Positions 10,439 to 19,885 of a stretch of 39,642 nt of DNA are shown here, piece after piece. The translations under genes and the position numbers were made by a program. The notes under the pieces were generated by a model, which saw nothing but the letters and a program-made list of their open reading frames with translations, ran no database searches and was not told where the DNA came from. Origin of the DNA: a virus (taxonomy: Duplodnaviria; Caudoviricetes); IMG/VR virus record IMGVR_UViG_3300037518_000308, positions 1 through 39,642 of that record; one strand, 5' to 3'. Within the stretch, counting starts at the first letter, position 1. Each line of letters starts with the position of its first letter.

Positions 10439-11011
10439 TTAGTTCCCATAAACCGATACAGTGAATCTTCTACTTACAGGTGTGTTGTTTTGATTTCTAA
10501 TCATGACAACAAAAGAGTTCAATCCAATGCTTGTGTAGTTGGCTATGTGAGGATTGTCAGAAGTTGAACTACTCAAAGATGAAACATTAACCCCGTATGA
10601 GTTTGTCGTTTGTGGTGTGGTAAATGTAATAAGGTAATTTCCAACACTAATAAATGTTACTGTTAGACCTCCACTTTGAGATAAAATGGCTCCATTACTA
10701 TTTACAGAAGCCCAGTAAGAAAGTCCGGGTGTTAAGAAGTAAGTCTGAGATCCATTGTAATATCTAAGTTGGGATGCACCGGATACATCTTCTGAGTACA
10801 ATATCCCATTGGTACCTGAGGGCAATCCAACTGGTGCTGATCTATCAATCAATGTAACTTGTCTATGAACACCTTGGTTTGCAGCTGTAGTGTCCGTGAA
10901 GTTATGATCATTGTTTATGATGTCTTTTATCCGCTGAAAGTTTGTGTTATTTTGTGCCGGGAATAATCCAGGACTTTGACTTGCATTTGGTACTGTTATG
11001 GAAAATGTCAT
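10439..11011 (-). CDS. Short tail fibre / spike-like protein (190 aa)
   Basis: N-terminal NNTNFQ.I......DH motif and a beta-rich C-terminus (GNYLITFTTPQTTNSYGVNV) resembling fibre tips. Confidence 0.55.
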   Translation of the reverse strand: MTFSITVPNASQSPGLFPAQNNTNFQRIKDIINNDHNFTDTTAANQGVHRQVTLIDRSAPVGLPSGTNGILYSEDVSGASQLRYYNGSQTYFLTPGLSYWASVNSNGAILSQSGGLTVTFISVGNYLITFTTPQTTNSYGVNVSSLSSSTSDNPHIANYTSIGLNSFVVMIRNQNNTPVSRRFTVSVYGN

Positions 11012-11671
11012 CTAAAACCTCGGTAGTGACCTTTGATTCATGTTTTGTTGGTATGTTCTTGCGTACACAAGAGATCTATATCTACGGAATGCTGGTTCAT
11101 ATCTCTCCCATAAATCCATCTCTCCATAGTCACTAAATATGTCTCTAGCAGCTCCGTAAGAAACATATCTCCAAAGATAGTCTTCAGCAATGTCACCACC
11201 ATCTGGCATCTCAACTTCTACTTGATAAGCATTGATCTTTACTGCGTATTCTTTGTCAGGAGGATTTCTAAATGTAAGGGTGTTGTTGTAGTACAATACT
11301 CCAACTGGACGGTTAGGCTGATAGGTTTGTGTCTCAGGCCATTTCCAATAAAACTCTTCAGGACTTTGGTACCACCAACATTGAAAACCATCTATGTAAC
11401 AAAGGTTCCCAATAGTAGTGAACTGGGTACCTGAAGGAGCTTGGAATGGAGCTTGCAAGTCCACTGGAAGAGGGTCTGCCGTATTTTCATCAATAGAAAA
11501 TTCCCACCAAGTTTGACGTTCGTTTAAACGCATTTCCTGACCCATTTCAAGCATGTAAAAATCATTAATGTATTGAAGCATTATCTGATCTGTAAACTGA
11601 GGATCTGATGCATCAACACGACCTGTTACATTTCTTACAATCTGAATTAAGTCTCCAGTGTCCTTAGCCAT
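11012..11671 (-). CDS. Head-to-tail adaptor (tail tubular protein A-like)
   Basis: 219 aa; N-terminal helix DLIQIVRNVTG, YIND motif and C-terminal YGAA..IF..YGE typical of podoviral adaptors; synteny. Confidence 0.7.
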   Translation of the reverse strand: MAKDTGDLIQIVRNVTGRVDASDPQFTDQIMLQYINDFYMLEMGQEMRLNERQTWWEFSIDENTADPLPVDLQAPFQAPSGTQFTTIGNLCYIDGFQCWWYQSPEEFYWKWPETQTYQPNRPVGVLYYNNTLTFRNPPDKEYAVKINAYQVEVEMPDGGDIAEDYLWRYVSYGAARDIFSDYGEMDLWERYEPAFRRYRSLVYARTYQQNMNQRSLPRF

Positions 11672-11674
11672 TTC

Positions 11675-12136
11675 TTATGCCACCGCTTGAGTAAACTCTA
11701 GGGCTTGGCAACTAAAACGAGCTCTTTCACCAACTTGACGAGTTTCTGTTTTTGTTTCACCGCCATCATTTACTTTGACTTCTGCAAAGATTGGTTCACA
11801 TAAACCATTTAGCCATTGGATTACAGGAAGGCATAGGTCATATGTTCCACCTGGTCTAAGCTGTCCAGCCCAGTCAATGTGTTTCTTGCGAACACGAGCC
11901 TTTAAAATGTTCTCAGGCTGATCGAATCTTTGGAAACGAACTTTGTACTTAGGATAGAAGTCCTCAGTAGGTGCTTTAACAGGTAATTTATTCTTACGAG
12001 CATACTTATTATAAATTTCGAAATGCTCTAACTTTGTAATTTCGTCATACTCAGGATCAAATTCCTTTTCGACAGGAGATTCATGTAGCACTTTCTCCTG
12101 AGCTATCACTTGCTCTTCTTTCTTCTTATTCATCAA
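11675..12136 (-). CDS. Hypothetical protein in the head module
   Basis: ORF coupled to neighbours; start overlaps the 12126-12491 gene. Confidence 0.6.
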   Translation of the reverse strand: MMNKKKEEQVIAQEKVLHESPVEKEFDPEYDEITKLEHFEIYNKYARKNKLPVKAPTEDFYPKYKVRFQRFDQPENILKARVRKKHIDWAGQLRPGGTYDLCLPVIQWLNGLCEPIFAEVKVNDGGETKTETRQVGERARFSCQALEFTQAVA

Positions 12137-12491
12137 TTATTCCTTCTTGTGTATTCAGGTTTTGAGTGTCTAATTCTGGCCCAGTCAATGTGAACTGAGG
12201 CAGGTCGCTAGCTATATAAGCTGTATAAGAGGTCCCATCAATTTGGTTGCCCTTAGTATCAAAGAGATCGAACGTGTCATCAGTGACATTTCCAATCACA
12301 AAGATTCGGTTGTTTAGCTCATACATACCGGTCACGTGGGTGGGAGGCGTGTAATAAAAACTCGTCGCTCTCACCCATTGACCGTTGACCATACCGTGAC
12401 TAAGAATCGTTACTTGAACTGGATTCGTTTGAGTGATATCCAGTACAGGTGACTTTTGCTGAATTGCAAATCCTAGCTCGGTATTAGTCAT
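12126..12491 (-). CDS. Virion protein made of one E1-FCCH-like beta domain
   Basis: Motif ITQTNPVQVTILSHGMVNGQWVR...GMYELNNRIFVI..VTDDTFDL. Confidence 0.65.
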   Translation of the reverse strand: MTNTELGFAIQQKSPVLDITQTNPVQVTILSHGMVNGQWVRATSFYYTPPTHVTGMYELNNRIFVIGNVTDDTFDLFDTKGNQIDGTSYTAYIASDLPQFTLTGPELDTQNLNTQEGIIDE

Positions 12492-13192
12492 TAGGCATTA
12501 CCAAGGTTTTGGTAAACATTACCCTTCATCGCTCTGATGAAAATAACATCAGATGCTGAACCCATAACCTCAGTACCTAGAGTGTATTGGAACACTGGAG
12601 CTGGGTTTTGTGTATTTAGGGATTCACCTGTTAACGTAAACAAAGCAATACCGTTGTTTACAAAGGCTGTGTCAGCTGTTGTATCAACAGGGATGCTTAG
12701 GTTTGTGTTAGGGATGTACAAGGCAAATGTGTTTGTGGTCACGTTGCCAATTTCAAACAACTGGTTGTTTAGAGTGTACATACCCGTTGCATCTGCAAGA
12801 GGTGTAGCCCTAAAGTTAGTTGCTCTCACGAATTGACCATTAGACAAACCATGACCGTTAGACGTTACAACGGCAGGGGATGCTGCTGTAATTGCTGTTG
12901 GGATTCTATGATTGTCTGCAAAGCCAACCCCATCAGAGCCTTGTGTGACTCCGTTGGTTGTCTCTAAAACAGAAGATAGGTCTGTAGTACCTCGAGAGAT
13001 GATTGTTGCATCACCTGCTGGATAGTCCTTAAACCAAATTCCCTGTATGTTAGTATCATCTGTTGCATAACCTGTGTAGTTATACCACTCGATACAATCT
13101 GCCTCAAAAGGCAAGACTAAGTTGTAGGCAGCTGCTGCTGACACTACTCTGTATATTGCGATGTTCGCATCTTCAAAGCTTCTTACGCTCAT
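12491..13192 (-). CDS. Putative capsid decoration protein with an E1-FCCH-like domain
   Basis: Directly follows the capsid gene; motif ITAASPAVVTSNGHGLSNGQFVR...GMYTLNNQLFEI..VTTNTFAL. Confidence 0.65.
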   Translation of the reverse strand: MSVRSFEDANIAIYRVVSAAAAYNLVLPFEADCIEWYNYTGYATDDTNIQGIWFKDYPAGDATIISRGTTDLSSVLETTNGVTQGSDGVGFADNHRIPTAITAASPAVVTSNGHGLSNGQFVRATNFRATPLADATGMYTLNNQLFEIGNVTTNTFALYIPNTNLSIPVDTTADTAFVNNGIALFTLTGESLNTQNPAPVFQYTLGTEVMGSASDVIFIRAMKGNVYQNLGNA

Positions 13193-13203
13193 TTCAATCC
13201 TCC

Positions 13204-14145
13204 TTACGGTCTTGTGCTAAGTAAGTTAATAACCCAGCTATCATCAAGGATCGTTGCGCCAAGACGGCCTTTCCAACCCATTGTTTGACGTTGGTTCAAT
13301 GGATCTTCTCCAGAACCAAGAGGCTTGATAATCATTTCCATAGATTGATCATCAATTGAAATCCGACCATAAGCATTTGCTGCAAAGAGTAGATTTGAAT
13401 ACACGGCTGGAGATGCAGAAGATTTAAAAGCTTCTGATGTCATCACAGCACGCACCTCATCCATTGAGCCGAGTTCAGCTTCAAGGACAGACATTTGACG
13501 TGGATAAGCACTTGTTGGTGTAAAATTACCAAGCTGTTTAATATTGGATCTTAAATCGGTATGAATGACCATCCAATAAGCCGCCCATACTGGGTTTGTA
13601 CCGAAGGCATTGACACCTTCAATGTTTGGAGCCATTTTTTTACCATTGTTACCAAGGAGGTAATCAACAGCTAGCTCTAGGTCTGTGACAGTGATCTCAG
13701 TAATTGCGTTTCCGTTATTACCGTTGAGGCAGTCAATTTGGGTACTTGTAGCAACTAGCATGTTTCTAACAAGCTTGTCATAAGTAGATGCCATGTTCTG
13801 CGCCAACATATCGGCAACTTCATTACTGGTTTGGTCCTGTACAGTGATGATGACATCATCTGTTAGCTCAACGACCTTACCGTATTGGGATACAGTTGCT
13901 GTTACGTCAAACTTTGTTACTTGTTCAGCTGATGGGGTAACACCCTCGGAAAGAGGAGTTAGTGCGTCTGCAAGGTTGTCGAAGCGACGGAATATCGCCG
14001 ACTTTGAGTTCTTCTGTGGGATTCTACGTTCTTGTGCAAAATAGCCATAAACATAGTAAGGCTGATGCCGATCCAACAGAACGTTATCGAAGTAGATCCC
14101 TACTTCAGGGTCTACCTGTGTGGTAGTTGTGATACCGTTTGCCAT
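13204..14145 (-). CDS. Major capsid protein (N4-gp56 family, HK97 fold)
   Basis: IP....K.AIFRRF, LSEGVTP, QYG...ELTD, E.E.G...EVR and C-terminal GSGEDPLNQRQTMGWK are characteristic of N4-gp56-like capsids. Confidence 0.92.
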   Translation of the reverse strand: MANGITTTTQVDPEVGIYFDNVLLDRHQPYYVYGYFAQERRIPQKNSKSAIFRRFDNLADALTPLSEGVTPSAEQVTKFDVTATVSQYGKVVELTDDVIITVQDQTSNEVADMLAQNMASTYDKLVRNMLVATSTQIDCLNGNNGNAITEITVTDLELAVDYLLGNNGKKMAPNIEGVNAFGTNPVWAAYWMVIHTDLRSNIKQLGNFTPTSAYPRQMSVLEAELGSMDEVRAVMTSEAFKSSASPAVYSNLLFAANAYGRISIDDQSMEMIIKPLGSGEDPLNQRQTMGWKGRLGATILDDSWVINLLSTRP

Positions 14146-14164
14146 TTAGGGTTCTCCATATGGT

Positions 14165-14809
14165 TTACCCCCCGGACAACACCTTTTTGCGATATTCTCT
14201 AAACTCCGGCTTACCAGCAATTGAACGAAGATAATCGGCATTATTCATATTAGCCGACTTAGCTATCGTGGATGGATTACCAGGTTTCTGGGAATTCTCT
14301 ACGATCTTCTTGGCTTCAGCTTGAGGGTCGCGAAACTTCTTAGCTGAGGCCAATTCTTCTCTAGGAGCAAAGTCCTGTACAATTTCATATGCTCGTGCAT
14401 ACCGGTTAGGTGCAGCGTCTATCGTTGGTGCTAACCAAGGTTTTCTTTTAATAATTCCTTCCAAATGTTTGTTGATGAGTTCCACAGCTTTTGGGTTTGA
14501 AGAACAGAAGGCCTCTTCCATTACTTCTCTTTTATTTCCAAAAGTTGCTTCCTTAAGCCGACGTTTTAATTCAGCCTTAGTAATAAACTCTTCATCGTCT
14601 TCATCATCTTCTGGTTCTTCAGATTTAGACTCTTGCATTTGACGAACCTGCATCTCTAGTTCTTGACGTTTTCTTCGTTCTGCTTCCAACGCTTCTAAAG
14701 GCACAGTTCTAGGTTGATAAGCTTCTTGCTCATCACCATCTTGTTCATCTTCTTGCTCAACAACTTCTTGCTCCTCGGAGACAGGAACTTCGTTTTCTTC
14801 TGTTGTCAT
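14165..14809 (-). CDS. Capsid scaffolding protein
   Basis: Acidic N-terminus, VPLEALEAERRKRQELE coiled-coil motif, immediately upstream of the capsid gene. Confidence 0.8.
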   Translation of the reverse strand: MTTEENEVPVSEEQEVVEQEDEQDGDEQEAYQPRTVPLEALEAERRKRQELEMQVRQMQESKSEEPEDDEDDEEFITKAELKRRLKEATFGNKREVMEEAFCSSNPKAVELINKHLEGIIKRKPWLAPTIDAAPNRYARAYEIVQDFAPREELASAKKFRDPQAEAKKIVENSQKPGNPSTIAKSANMNNADYLRSIAGKPEFREYRKKVLSGG

Positions 14810-14863
14810 AATTTCACCCGTTACCTTCGCCCATTAAGTTGGCGTCACATTGATAGTGTCGTC

Positions 14864-15232
14864 CTACCTTTTTCGACCTTTTTGCGCCCGATTAGCCGGC
14901 GTCGCTTGGACTGTTTTATTCAAGGTTGGAAGCCTCAACGATCCATCCGGATTCATGATCCATAGCAAAGTTTTAGTTCCATTCCTGTTGTCCACTTCAT
15001 ACAAAAATGCATCCTTGATAAGACCTGGTTTTTCGTCACATGCCTCCAGAAAGGCGCGACCAACCTTGCCACCAAGTTCTTCGGGAAACCGAACTTTTCC
15101 TAAAATCCAATACTTATCTTTTGCAGAGTTCTGGTTTATGATCTTTTCCAACTCTTTGTTGTAATGATCTGTTAGGCCCTGTTTCGCCTCGTTAAACTCT
15201 TTAAGCATTTGGTTCTTAGGAAGGATTAGCAC
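14864..15232 (-). CDS. Hypothetical protein (122 aa)
   Basis: Coupled ORF between portal and scaffold. Confidence 0.6.
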   Translation of the reverse strand: MLILPKNQMLKEFNEAKQGLTDHYNKELEKIINQNSAKDKYWILGKVRFPEELGGKVGRAFLEACDEKPGLIKDAFLYEVDNRNGTKTLLWIMNPDGSLRLPTLNKTVQATPANRAQKGRKR

Positions 15233-15468
15233 GGATATCCCCTTAGACTTTCTTTCATAGCTTGTTCACGTTTCAAACCCATGACCTTAGTACGGTCTGC
15301 GTTGTATCCAAAACCAGCTTCACCCTCAAGAGATGAACCTTTACGCGGTACACTCATTGGGTTTTTTTTATGACTGTGGTCACCAAAAGCTGCTGCTCCA
15401 GCAGATCCCTTTGGTGGTACATACCCATTACTATAGGCGGTCATATTCACCATTTTTTGTTTAGCCAT
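15226..15468 (-). CDS. Small basic disordered protein (80 aa, probable start MAKQKM)
   Basis: GGAGG RBS within the portal 3' end precedes ATG 15468; G/K/P-rich. Confidence 0.6.
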   Translation of the reverse strand: MAKQKMVNMTAYSNGYVPPKGSAGAAAFGDHSHKKNPMSVPRKGSSLEGEAGFGYNADRTKVMGLKREQAMKESLRGYPC

Positions 15469-17500
15469 TTTCAGTACCTCCTTTAAACGACTCTCCAAGC
15501 TTTAGATCTTCTTGGAGCTTTTCTTCGGTTCGATTGCCACTTTCTGACTGCATTTCATGCGCTAGACGCATAACTTCCATCAAGTGGTTACGATCCATGT
15601 CCTCGATTTCTGCAACTGTTCTTGCATTGTCAAGTAATGCTTTCGCATAATTCTGTTCACCTTCACTGATACGTTCACGAGCCAAGCCAATATCCGCCAA
15701 GACACGAGCTCTTCTTTCTTGTCCAAGAGCCAAGTTCTGATCAATTTGGGATAATTCAAGTTGAGCTTTTCTTTGTTCTGCTTCTTTCTGTAGTTGAAGC
15801 ATTTCATTTTGTTGCTCTTGCATTTGAAGCATTTTCTCTCTAAGACGAACCTTACCTTGCAGAGGAGCTGCATCAACAATTTCATCCGCTGGGATGACAT
15901 CACCAAGAAGTTCTCTTAGCTGTAGAAGTTGATAGTAATAAGCTTCTTTTTGTGTTTGAGTTAGGACTGCTTGCTTAACAACTGAGTCATATTGACCAAA
16001 CTCTTTTGAAAAGAATTCAGGTGTTGGATCTTTCTTTGTGATTCTCCAAACCTTTCCAGGTGTGAAGTTCTTTTGAATAGCCTCAATAACAAGTTTTCCA
16101 AGCCACTTTAATGCTTGTTCTAAGTTGTCAAAGAGACCTCTGTTTCCTTTAAGGCCATTAGAAGCTCGAACTTCTGCCAATCGTCCAGAAACTTGTGAGT
16201 CACCAGTAGATGAGATACCAAGAAGTTCTTCAGAACCTCCGGGAATCTCCATGATGTTTTTATCAATGATATCTTGATATTGTAGATATCCAGGTGGAAC
16301 TTGAGGGGGATGAATTTCTCGGATGTCGGTATTAACATCATACCCTTCATTGATAACAATGTTTCTAGATTGTCCAGATTGTAAAAGCATCTCAGGATCA
16401 ACCACCGCTCCATTCCTAGAAATCCAACCTGTATTGATGACAGATTCCATGAGATCGATAATTTGTGAATGACGTCTGTTATATTGTCTTTGAGCGTCTC
16501 TGATAGATCTAACAAGTCCTTGGATCTTCAGTTCATATGTATCAATCAATGGTTCAAAGTATGCGATGATTGGAATGAACGGAAAGTTGTCTAATCCAGT
16601 TGGATCAGGCCCTGCATATAACAACCTTCCACCCACAATGATGTTAAGCTCCACAGTTCTTTTGTATGAGTTAATCAATTGAACTTGTGGGTTATTCTTT
16701 ATCGCTTCTTTTAAGTACTTCTCTTCTTCTTTACTTCCGTTCCATTCCTCGGTTACACCAGTCTCCATGTCGACTAGATATCTCTGAGGCTTGTTAATTC
16801 TTATCCAGTATTGGTCGTAAGTCAGAAGGTTTTTTGCAATGTAAGTAGAATTGTATTGCCGATAAATGCCCAAATATTGATACTTGTTATCACGGATGCC
16901 AGTAGGAATGGCGTCAATGATGCTTGGATCTACCCAAGGAAGCATTGATTTGACTTGCTCACGGCTCAACAAGTCTCTAGTTGAAGCCTGGTCACAGTCA
17001 GACAAGTCCCTCTTCGTGAAGTAGGGATCAAGCATCAAAGCATTGAAGGGTTTACTGTAGAACTTGATGTCCCCGTTGACTTTGTCTCTCGAGTAATCTA
17101 TGTAGATCCCGACAATTGCGAGCCCTGTTTTTAAGGAGTGCTCGAATGCGTCAGATATGACATGGTGTGCATCACCTTTGTCATAGACGTATAGCATGAC
17201 ATCTGATAGAAGATCAGCAGTGACTTCATCAGAATCCTCAACAGGACCGCATACAGTGCTAAGACGATTTTCCCTTTCGTATCCGGAATAGAGGTTAACA
17301 ACACGACGTATTTTGTTAAGTTCTAAGACCATTCTTTTTTGACGGATCAAGGCTGCTGCCTCGGCTTGAGTCCAGTTATCGCCAGCATATGCGCGTAAAT
17401 CGCGATACGCTGCTGCGTAATAGACTCCCCATGTCCTATATGCGTCATAGTAGAACTGGTTAAACTTATTTACTTGATCGTTAGGCTGTGCCGTATACAT
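15461..17500 (-). CDS. Portal protein (P22-like)
   Basis: 679 aa after terL; GDNW, LNKIRRVVN..SGYERENR, FPFIP, GLVRSIRDAQRQYNRRHS, SG.....R, and a C-terminal coiled-coil barrel. Confidence 0.93.
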   Translation of the reverse strand: MYTAQPNDQVNKFNQFYYDAYRTWGVYYAAAYRDLRAYAGDNWTQAEAAALIRQKRMVLELNKIRRVVNLYSGYERENRLSTVCGPVEDSDEVTADLLSDVMLYVYDKGDAHHVISDAFEHSLKTGLAIVGIYIDYSRDKVNGDIKFYSKPFNALMLDPYFTKRDLSDCDQASTRDLLSREQVKSMLPWVDPSIIDAIPTGIRDNKYQYLGIYRQYNSTYIAKNLLTYDQYWIRINKPQRYLVDMETGVTEEWNGSKEEEKYLKEAIKNNPQVQLINSYKRTVELNIIVGGRLLYAGPDPTGLDNFPFIPIIAYFEPLIDTYELKIQGLVRSIRDAQRQYNRRHSQIIDLMESVINTGWISRNGAVVDPEMLLQSGQSRNIVINEGYDVNTDIREIHPPQVPPGYLQYQDIIDKNIMEIPGGSEELLGISSTGDSQVSGRLAEVRASNGLKGNRGLFDNLEQALKWLGKLVIEAIQKNFTPGKVWRITKKDPTPEFFSKEFGQYDSVVKQAVLTQTQKEAYYYQLLQLRELLGDVIPADEIVDAAPLQGKVRLREKMLQMQEQQNEMLQLQKEAEQRKAQLELSQIDQNLALGQERRARVLADIGLARERISEGEQNYAKALLDNARTVAEIEDMDRNHLMEVMRLAHEMQSESGNRTEEKLQEDLKLGESFKGGTENG

Positions 17501-17534
17501 AAAATTTTATCTTGTCATTTAGGATAAAAATTTT

Positions 17535-17726
17535 TTATCCAAATTCCCCACACCAGCAATCTTCTGAGATTACTGGGAATTGTTCTTCTTCTGGCAAAGC
17601 TTTTGGAGGAAACCTGCGACATTCCCCATAATCAGAATCAAGTTCAGTGTCATCGAATTCATACATGATAGGAGAGAAGAAGCGGCAGTTTTTACACCGT
17701 CTATACTCTTCTTCATTATCTTCCAT
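17535..17726 (-). CDS. Small four-Cys metal-binding protein
   Basis: CKNCRFF...GECRRFPP...FP.....WCGEF, a recurrent phage Cys motif; starts just after the terL stop. Confidence 0.7.
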   Translation of the reverse strand: MEDNEEEYRRCKNCRFFSPIMYEFDDTELDSDYGECRRFPPKALPEEEQFPVISEDCWCGEFG

Positions 17727-17727
17727 G

Positions 17728-19224
17728 TTAAACCACTGCTTGATTTCTTAGTTTTCTCCAATCTTCTGCCGATAATCCCTTTCCACCTTCTATTCTGTTT
17801 AAGGCTCTAACCCCATATATCAAGGCTTTAGAACCGTGGGATGCCCAGTCGTGAAGGCTTCTTTCTCTGTAGCACCCAAGCTTTTCGTTCCATTCTTTTC
17901 TGAATGAATCGATAGACTTTATTCCCTTAGCACATCTAGTCTTGTCAAACCAGAACCTTGAGAATGCATTTCTAGCTGCATCAATGCCATACAGCTCGTT
18001 TCGATCGTAGGGTACTATGTCAATTTTCAATCCTAGTTCACGTCCAATGTCTGCAAACGTTTTACCAGTACCCGGATCTCTTTTAGCGGCGTCATGAGGC
18101 ATGTAATGCTTTTCGAACATGTAAGGTTTAGATTTCAACCACTTCACATAATGTGCTAAAGCTTCGCCGCTATTCTCGTAGTAGTCTATCCAGTGAATTG
18201 AGTGTCCGACTACTTGGAACACCCAGATAACCATTGAATCTCCAATTCCTATGTCCCAGCTTGTATATGTTGGGGCATTCTCATCATATGGAAGATGACA
18301 GATTCTTCTCTCTGTTCGCGCTTTTGCCATGTATGTACCGAAGTACAATCCTTCATTAGCGCTTTGGAAACTCTCTTCAGGCGTACTAGGATATTCCCTA
18401 GTCATGTAATCACCTTGTGTTTCTGCTTTCTTCACATACCAAGCTCTCTGTTCAGGAGATATCTTTATGTCAAGTTTTTTCTCTAAAGTATCAAAGTAAC
18501 CTGTTTGCTCCTTTGTTATCAAGACATTTTTTGAATTTAAAACGTAGTCCGGGTGTTGCCACCATGCAAAGAACCAGAACTTCCAATCAAGGGTACTTAG
18601 TTCTTCTTTTTGAAGATCTTTATCCATTGCTGTTTTACACATTTCATAAAATGCTCCTTCACGTCCACGGGCTGTAGATTCAATGCAGCAGAACTGTCCA
18701 ACCTCTAAAGTGTTCAAAGCTCCAGATGTTATCTCGTTTGCTTTCTTTGGATTCTCGGTACATATCTTTGCAAACTCAGTGATATGTAATAATTGAAGCG
18801 TACCAGATCTTAGAGAAGTACCAACCCGGAATACTGATCCATTTGAGAATCTAAGTTCGTTTACGTTATCCCGGTTTGCTCTTATTGTTATCTTAATCCA
18901 ATCCGGAAGATGGTCATAAGCAAACTTAACCTTATCAACGAAGATCTCTTTGGCATTATCTTTGTTATCCGCAATGATCGCTGCATTGACATTCTCATTA
19001 AATAGACATGTATCCAAGAATAAAAGCGCGTGAAAGGTTGTTACACCGAGCTGACGCGCTTTTAATATGATATTCAAGTAATGTGGCTTAAGAAGCTTTT
19101 GCTGCGCCCAGTTGGGCTTAAAAATAACCTTACGCCCTTGCTTGTCTTTTATGTAATACAAGTTATTCAGCCGCCAAGTTCTATCAGCTAAGAGATTCAT
19201 TGCTTCTTGGGGATTACTCACCAT
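17728..19224 (-). CDS. terL: Terminase large subunit
   Basis: Walker A ILKARQLGVTT, Walker B LLHITEF, coupling motif IESTA, nuclease motifs WDIGIGD, MPHDA and HDWASH. Confidence 0.95.
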   Translation of the reverse strand: MVSNPQEAMNLLADRTWRLNNLYYIKDKQGRKVIFKPNWAQQKLLKPHYLNIILKARQLGVTTFHALLFLDTCLFNENVNAAIIADNKDNAKEIFVDKVKFAYDHLPDWIKITIRANRDNVNELRFSNGSVFRVGTSLRSGTLQLLHITEFAKICTENPKKANEITSGALNTLEVGQFCCIESTARGREGAFYEMCKTAMDKDLQKEELSTLDWKFWFFAWWQHPDYVLNSKNVLITKEQTGYFDTLEKKLDIKISPEQRAWYVKKAETQGDYMTREYPSTPEESFQSANEGLYFGTYMAKARTERRICHLPYDENAPTYTSWDIGIGDSMVIWVFQVVGHSIHWIDYYENSGEALAHYVKWLKSKPYMFEKHYMPHDAAKRDPGTGKTFADIGRELGLKIDIVPYDRNELYGIDAARNAFSRFWFDKTRCAKGIKSIDSFRKEWNEKLGCYRERSLHDWASHGSKALIYGVRALNRIEGGKGLSAEDWRKLRNQAVV

Positions 19225-19313
19225 TTGTTATCTCGTAATTTTTTACTTTAGACAATGGAAGGTAAGAACATCTTTTACATAAATGGATGCCACCTTTTAC
19301 ATGTTCAAAAAAT

Positions 19314-19592
19314 TCAGTCACTTTTTTCAGGAGGCAGTTCTGGCATATTTGTGTCGCCTCCTTCTTTTGGTGGATCTCTTCGATCATCTAGTACCTCAAA
19401 TGCTGCAATGGAATCAATATCTACATAAATGTTGTCATTCCCATTATCTTTAAACCTTACATGTTCAATATGATACATAAGATCATCTATTGTTTCCGGA
19501 GGTGCGTACATATTAATTGCTACACCACTTTTCAACACTACCTTAACTAACTTATCTTCTTTATCTGGCATGATCTTCCTTGGTTTTTCCAT
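19314..19592 (-). CDS. Hypothetical protein
   Basis: ORF overlapping the upstream DNA-binding gene; the real start may be the second Met. Confidence 0.55.
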   Translation of the reverse strand: MEKPRKIMPDKEDKLVKVVLKSGVAINMYAPPETIDDLMYHIEHVRFKDNGNDNIYVDIDSIAAFEVLDDRRDPPKEGGDTNMPELPPEKSD

Positions 19593-19767
19593 GGTCTTCT
19601 ACAATTGAAAAGAACTTGTCTGGTGATATTAGCACTCTCTTGCCAACTTTGCTAAATGCTGGAAGAAAATCATTCTTATCTTTTGTCGCATCAAAATACA
19701 TAGACCGTAATGCTAGCAAGCTTGGCCATGGATATTTATCCGCGAACTGTTTTAATGTTATGTACAT
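19561..19767 (-). CDS. Small excisionase-like HTH DNA-binding protein (68 aa)
   Basis: GGAGG RBS (19771-19775) before ATG 19767; YITLKQFADKYPWP...LR...F.KVGKRVLI...FF pattern. Confidence 0.65.
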   Translation of the reverse strand: MYITLKQFADKYPWPSLLALRSMYFDATKDKNDFLPAFSKVGKRVLISPDKFFSIVEDHGKTKEDHAR

Positions 19768-19885
19768 ATGCCTCCAATAATAAGCTGTATCTAACTTATA
19801 TAGAAATTTCTTGAAAATGATTGCAACATATTTCTTGCTTTTCAAAAAGTTTTTTAATATTTTGTCATTAACCCAAGGATTAAGA

